From NCBI RefSeq assembly GCF_020564625.1, contig NZ_JAJBZT010000002.1:387141-451140 (forward strand): a DNA stretch of 64,000 bases, written 5' to 3'. Below, piece by piece: positions 60,126 through 64,000 of this stretch. Made by a program: the position numbers and the translations under genes. Position 1 is the stretch's first letter; each line of letters begins with the position of its first letter. This DNA is from Leeia speluncae. Its GTDB lineage: Bacteria; Pseudomonadota; Gammaproteobacteria; Burkholderiales; Leeiaceae. The notes under the pieces are model-generated. The model searched no databases. It was not told the origin of the DNA and saw nothing but the letters and a program-made list of their open reading frames with translations.

Positions 60126-60188
60126 TGCTGACATGCTTACTTCAGAAGAAAACCTCACCCACCCGCCTGCGGCGGGTAGCTGTTAAGA

Positions 60189-60229
60189 GAAGGGCCGCGT
60201 TTGCGGCCCTTCGTTTGTCGGCGGTTTTT
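60189..60229 (+). terminator. Rho-independent terminator
   Basis: Perfect 10-bp stem gaagggccgc/gcggcccttc, then a T-rich tail. Confidence 0.55.
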
Positions 60230-60791
60230 ACTCGGTCGTGATGACCAGGCCCCCATTCATGACGCGCACGCGGATGCGTGCTTGCGGCGTAAATCCTGCC
60301 TGTTTTCCCCGCAAGAGATAGCGGACAAATTGACTATCATATAGATAGTATCTTTAATTTTGGAGGTGCTGGTGGCGATCCGGTTTGGCACATCAGCCGT
60401 TTTACGGATGACTCAGGCCGTACCATGTATTCGGCAGAGTACGAAACCTATCTTACCGGTGTAGAACCGCCATATGGAGAATACGATGAAGCCACGGTGA
60501 AACGCTATGTTCTCAGAACCATGCGGGAGTACGCACGTGTTCATCCAGAAGCTGCGACACAGATAGCGCAATGGATTCAACAATATCAATTAGAGTAACA
60601 GATAACTCACACCCGTTCCTTCGGTTGAGTATTTGAACGGCCAAGTAGCCCCTCATCGATCTCGAATTCACGTCAACAATCTCCAGCGTTACCTATCCCT
60701 TCCTAAATTCACCTACGCAACGCTAAACCCGTTACAATTATGCCTTTGTACTAATCGATAAATTGCGCATCAACAAGCAAGGATACTCACC

Positions 60792-61640
60792 ATGATTCGC
60801 GCCGAAATGGGTGATAGGAGGTACTGGGAAAAGGCTGTCCAAAGACGCTGGACAGCGATTAATAGCGCTGAAGAGCTGATCCCTTTGCCATCAGGAAATC
60901 CAACATATCGACCACAGTATGTTTGGAATTATGCCCACCAGTTTCCTCGCCTGACGCTAACTCAATATTCAAGAGGAGATGTGGTAAGTGAGCTTTACAA
61001 TCCATTTCCCAGTGTGTTGGATGCATGGGAATTGTCCAACCAAGAAGCAGAGAAAATCTGTCGTGAACATGGTCTGGACAAGTGCAGGGACTGGACTTTT
61101 GAGCTTGCTAATCTTGAACATTACAACTGGTGTTTTTGTTTGGTTGGTTTGGCACTGATACTGGAGATTCCCGATGATCAATGGCGGCGTTTACTCGCAT
61201 TGGTTGGAGATGAAGGAGAGGATGAGTTGCTTGATCGCGTAATTGCCACGCGAGAATCCGGCAGAACAATAGGTACAAAGATGTTGCATAAGAAGCCTTA
61301 TGCGCGACTATTAAAGGCGTTACAAGCAGCGCCTGATCAGCAAGCCGCGCAGCTTCACGACTTTGTCACACATTGGTATGCGGAGCTAAAGCGAAAAGGT
61401 CGAGACGAAATCTGGTGGTATGAATTTGGCAACCCAGAGACAAACCCATTGGAAATGGGTAGTTACTTTGGCCGTTGGTGTGTAGAGGCCGCGGTTGTTG
61501 CGAAGGTATTTCAGATAGATGACAGCCTTTGCTTTGGGCACGCGCATTATCCCGGGGATTTGTTACGACCAAACGCCCTACCCTCCCCGCCATCCGGTAT
61601 AAAAAAGTGGCTGGTAAGTTTTTACAAACGGAATAAATAA
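60792..61640 (+). CDS. Hypothetical protein (282 aa)
   Basis: ORF with plausible codon usage. No recognised motif. Confidence 0.4.
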   Translation: MIRAEMGDRRYWEKAVQRRWTAINSAEELIPLPSGNPTYRPQYVWNYAHQFPRLTLTQYSRGDVVSELYNPFPSVLDAWELSNQEAEKICREHGLDKCRDWTFELANLEHYNWCFCLVGLALILEIPDDQWRRLLALVGDEGEDELLDRVIATRESGRTIGTKMLHKKPYARLLKALQAAPDQQAAQLHDFVTHWYAELKRKGRDEIWWYEFGNPETNPLEMGSYFGRWCVEAAVVAKVFQIDDSLCFGHAHYPGDLLRPNALPSPPSGIKKWLVSFYKRNK

Positions 61641-61657
61641 TAAACAAATGTACTTAT

Positions 61658-62050
61658 ATGATAGATTTTTTCCTTATTCATAAGCTATCTAATACCGATA
61701 TACAATATTTTTTATCGAATGCATTATCTTGTGACATATTAGATATTGACATTTTTAATGAAGATGAATTTTATAAATACAAAAATTCTATACCCGATAA
61801 AAAATGTCTTTGTGTTGTTGTTGATGTATCGGGAAATGTTGAGCAATTAGTAAAGCTATACAGGTATGAATTAGAAAAAGAGATGATGACAAATCAACTG
61901 ATTACCGCCGCTTTGTTGAAAAAAATAGATTGCTATATTCCGGGATTGCCTAATGATTCTTTTTATAAAATAGAAGGTGGCAAGATAAATACATCTCCTT
62001 TTCCTGATGAATGGGATGATGGCGGTAATAATTACTATTATTTTAAATAA
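61658..62050 (+). CDS. Hypothetical protein, very AT-rich
   Basis: ORF only. Confidence 0.3.
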   Translation: MIDFFLIHKLSNTDIQYFLSNALSCDILDIDIFNEDEFYKYKNSIPDKKCLCVVVDVSGNVEQLVKLYRYELEKEMMTNQLITAALLKKIDCYIPGLPNDSFYKIEGGKINTSPFPDEWDDGGNNYYYFK

Positions 62051-62108
62051 AAAATAAGTCTCTAAACCAGCTTATTTTAAGTTTTCTAACGAGCACTGAC
62101 TGTGATTA

Positions 62109-62537
62109 TTGAACTTACTTATCTTGCCATTCGGTATATTAGGTAAATCTACCGTTAGTCTTACCAACCAAGAAAATGCTTTGATTATGTTGCATGAAGA
62201 GAGAAAAACCTATGAGACCCTAAAATCATGGGCTCTGGAGAATTACTTTGATGGATGTAGAGACCATGCGGTGATGAATGGCTGGCCTCATGAGCAAATC
62301 ATGGGCTACGTGATTTATCAGTTTGAAGATGGATTTGAGCGCCCAATTGAAAACTTGATGTGGCAAGTCATTCTCTTGGTTTTGTCTGGTGGGTGGCACG
62401 CGGAATGGGTGATCCAACAAAGGCAGATTATTTTTGATTGCATAGAAGAGCATGGGCTGGATGCGCTTCTGGCCGAAGTACCGAAAGAGGAGGCTCAAAC
62501 TTTCAAACATGATCTAAAAATTCTCAAGTTTGTTTAA
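62109..62537 (+). CDS. Hypothetical protein
   Basis: ORF only. Confidence 0.3.
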   Translation: MNLLILPFGILGKSTVSLTNQENALIMLHEERKTYETLKSWALENYFDGCRDHAVMNGWPHEQIMGYVIYQFEDGFERPIENLMWQVILLVLSGGWHAEWVIQQRQIIFDCIEEHGLDALLAEVPKEEAQTFKHDLKILKFV

Positions 62538-62673
62538 GTACTATCTTTCAGTGTTCTGCTTTACAAACCATGCAGGCGTTTTACTTTATAGATTCAGACG
62601 AAAAAGTATGCAGGGTTCAGAAGAGTAAACTCATGCTAAAAGCGCTCATATCCACATCATTACAAGCACACAA

Positions 62674-63105
62674 ATGAAACCATTTTTTTTCAACACCCCA
62701 ATTATTCCAACTGAATTTCGTTTTCCTGAGGCTTACGAGCACATGTTACTTAATGATGCATGGCCAAAACTGGACCCTTGGGCGCCACTTGCGTTAGATA
62801 TGCCAAACTCATTAATGTATTATAGTTCAATGCTGTTAAAGTTTAAAAATGCGCCGCTCATCCCATTCGCAATGATTTGTGATGAAACAGGCTTCTGTAA
62901 TGATGGATATGTTGTTTTAGCTTGCTTTGACGGGTCTGACCTATCAGGCGATCCTATCGTCCGAATCTATGATTATGGCAGCCCCAAAGATACACCTTGG
63001 GACAACCTGAGTTACCCCAATTTTTTAGCTTGGCTCGCTGACGCAAAAAAAGAGTCCGATCAGCATTTACTTTATCTAAGAGAAATTGAAGACGAAGCAG
63101 ACTAA
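62674..63105 (+). CDS. Hypothetical protein
   Basis: ORF only. Confidence 0.3.
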   Translation: MKPFFFNTPIIPTEFRFPEAYEHMLLNDAWPKLDPWAPLALDMPNSLMYYSSMLLKFKNAPLIPFAMICDETGFCNDGYVVLACFDGSDLSGDPIVRIYDYGSPKDTPWDNLSYPNFLAWLADAKKESDQHLLYLREIEDEAD

Positions 63106-63644
63106 ATGTTGATGAAGCGAAAAGGAACGTGCTCGACTAACCAAACACCGTTATCCGCCTGAAAAAACTTGAAGCCCTGCTGATACATCGCTAGGGCGTC
63201 TACTTCTATCACGACAGGCTGCCCATGCCGCCGACCAACCGCAAGCGCAGTTGTTCTGTCATTTGATAAATGTACATATTGGCGCGAGCCCGGTAATAAT
63301 CCATCACGATGGATGGCATCCAGAAAACGCGTGGCAGTACCATGATACAACACAGATGGGGGCACCTTTTCCGTATAAGCAATGTCCACCTGATCTGTAG
63401 AGTGGCCTTGTAGAGCACGTATTCTTAAACCGTCTTCGGAAATTGCAAACCGCTTCTTATCACTTGTGATCACCACTTTATTGATCAGTTCATGGTCAAG
63501 GGATTGATCTGTATTGGCTGTCGCTGCAATCAGTGATTCAATTTATGCCCATCCTTCCTTATCTAGCGTAATACCAAAGGCTTCTGGCTTGTGGCGAAGA
63601 ATGAAACTTAATAATTTACTTGTTTCAACCAGAGACTGGTTCAT
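63102..63644 (-). pseudogene. kptA: RNA 2'-phosphotransferase KptA/Tpt1 gene interrupted by an in-frame TAA at codon 34
   Basis: The N-terminal [33 protein letters not shown]-stop is followed in frame by IESLIAA...VVITSDKKRF...LQGHST...YHGTA...VHLS, which matches KptA throughout. Confidence 0.6.
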
Positions 63645-63723
63645 CTTATTCTGTTCCTGTGAATAATTTTAGTAACTCAATAACTGGCAAGGCCGTTATT
63701 ATCAAAGTAAAGTGAGATTGTCG

Positions 63724-64000
63724 ATGGACAGCTTTTGTGACATTTTTTTGGTAACCCCCACGAAATCGAATAGTCTTAGATTTCTTAGTTTGTTAGATAA
63801 TAGTTTTTCTTATAGAAATGATCTTGAATATCATGGCTACGTAGGGATTTCTGTTAATAGAGTAAAGTTAATTCCTATGATTAATCTACTTAAAAAACAG
63901 GGGGTATCAGTCTATAGTGTTCCTGTTAATTACAAAACTGATCATTATTTATCAAAAGAAAATGCTTTTGATATTGCAAAAATGCACGCCAAAGAGAATG
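63724..64000 (+). CDS. Hypothetical protein, AT-rich, runs off the window end
   Basis: Open frame from the ATG at 63724 to the window edge. Confidence 0.25.
   Translation, partial: MDSFCDIFLVTPTKSNSLRFLSLLDNSFSYRNDLEYHGYVGISVNRVKLIPMINLLKKQGVSVYSVPVNYKTDHYLSKENAFDIAKMHAKEN

Noticed and set aside
63102-63476. An intact but short kptA gene starting at the internal Met
   Set aside because: The sequence upstream in the same frame continues to match the KptA N-terminus and is interrupted only by a single TAA, so the gene is better described as disrupted.
1-64000. CRISPR arrays
   Set aside because: No regularly spaced direct repeats of 25-40 nt were seen anywhere in the window.

Overview
This 64 kb window reads as a gammaproteobacterial chromosome segment. 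Its RtcR and RtcB are enterobacterial-like, and it carries many c-di-GMP, chitin-sugar and two-component genes, much like a Vibrionaceae-type organism. It mixes housekeeping and metabolic genes with several accessory modules. In order, the window contains the following. (1) The 3' end of a class II fructose-bisphosphate aldolase gene, then an AraC regulator, a GNAT acetyltransferase and a LysE exporter, with a short low-GC stretch of hypothetical membrane proteins. (2) An HD-GYP protein with a Cys4 tail, an APC amino-acid permease, and a module of an FGGY kinase plus two FAD oxidoreductases. (3) A putative gamma-glutamylation-type amine catabolic cluster, made up of a glutamine-synthetase-like ligase, an aldehyde dehydrogenase, an iron-type alcohol dehydrogenase and an MlrC-like M81 peptidase, flanked by a LysR regulator. 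(4) A 1770-aa hybrid sensor kinase whose gene overlaps that of a response regulator carrying a degenerate GGDEF domain (AAEEF). (5) An orphan VirD4-type coupling-protein gene next to a gene for a two-domain peptidoglycan hydrolase (T4-lysozyme-like plus NlpC/P60) with a Gln-rich C-terminal tail, which looks like a candidate antibacterial T4SS effector. (6) nagA and nagK, followed by an unusual rtc locus: rtcR, a sigma-54 promoter, tandem tRNA-like non-coding elements (candidate Y-RNA-like tRNA mimics), an SPFH/slipin protein and rtcB, with no rtcA and no Ro60. (7) A roughly 17 kb aryl-polyene/xanthomonadin-like lipid-pigment biosynthetic cluster: two ACPs, a KS/CLF pair, dehydratases, a ketoreductase, acyltransferases, a GT2, an MMPL exporter, a LolA-like carrier, an acyl-ACP synthetase and a XanB2-like chorismatase. 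A conspicuous palindrome sits in its divergent promoter. (8) A second HD-GYP protein, a WG-repeat/Sel1 protein, and a 5'-truncated IS3 transposase. (9) A lower-GC array of small ORF pairs whose stop and start codons overlap (ATGA). These look like orphan toxin C-terminus/immunity modules, including a start-less, frameshifted fragment followed by a DUF4926 gene. (10) A kptA/Tpt1 RNA 2'-phosphotransferase gene interrupted by an in-frame stop. All assignments rest on motif recognition in the supplied translations and on reading the nucleotides by eye. No database search was possible.
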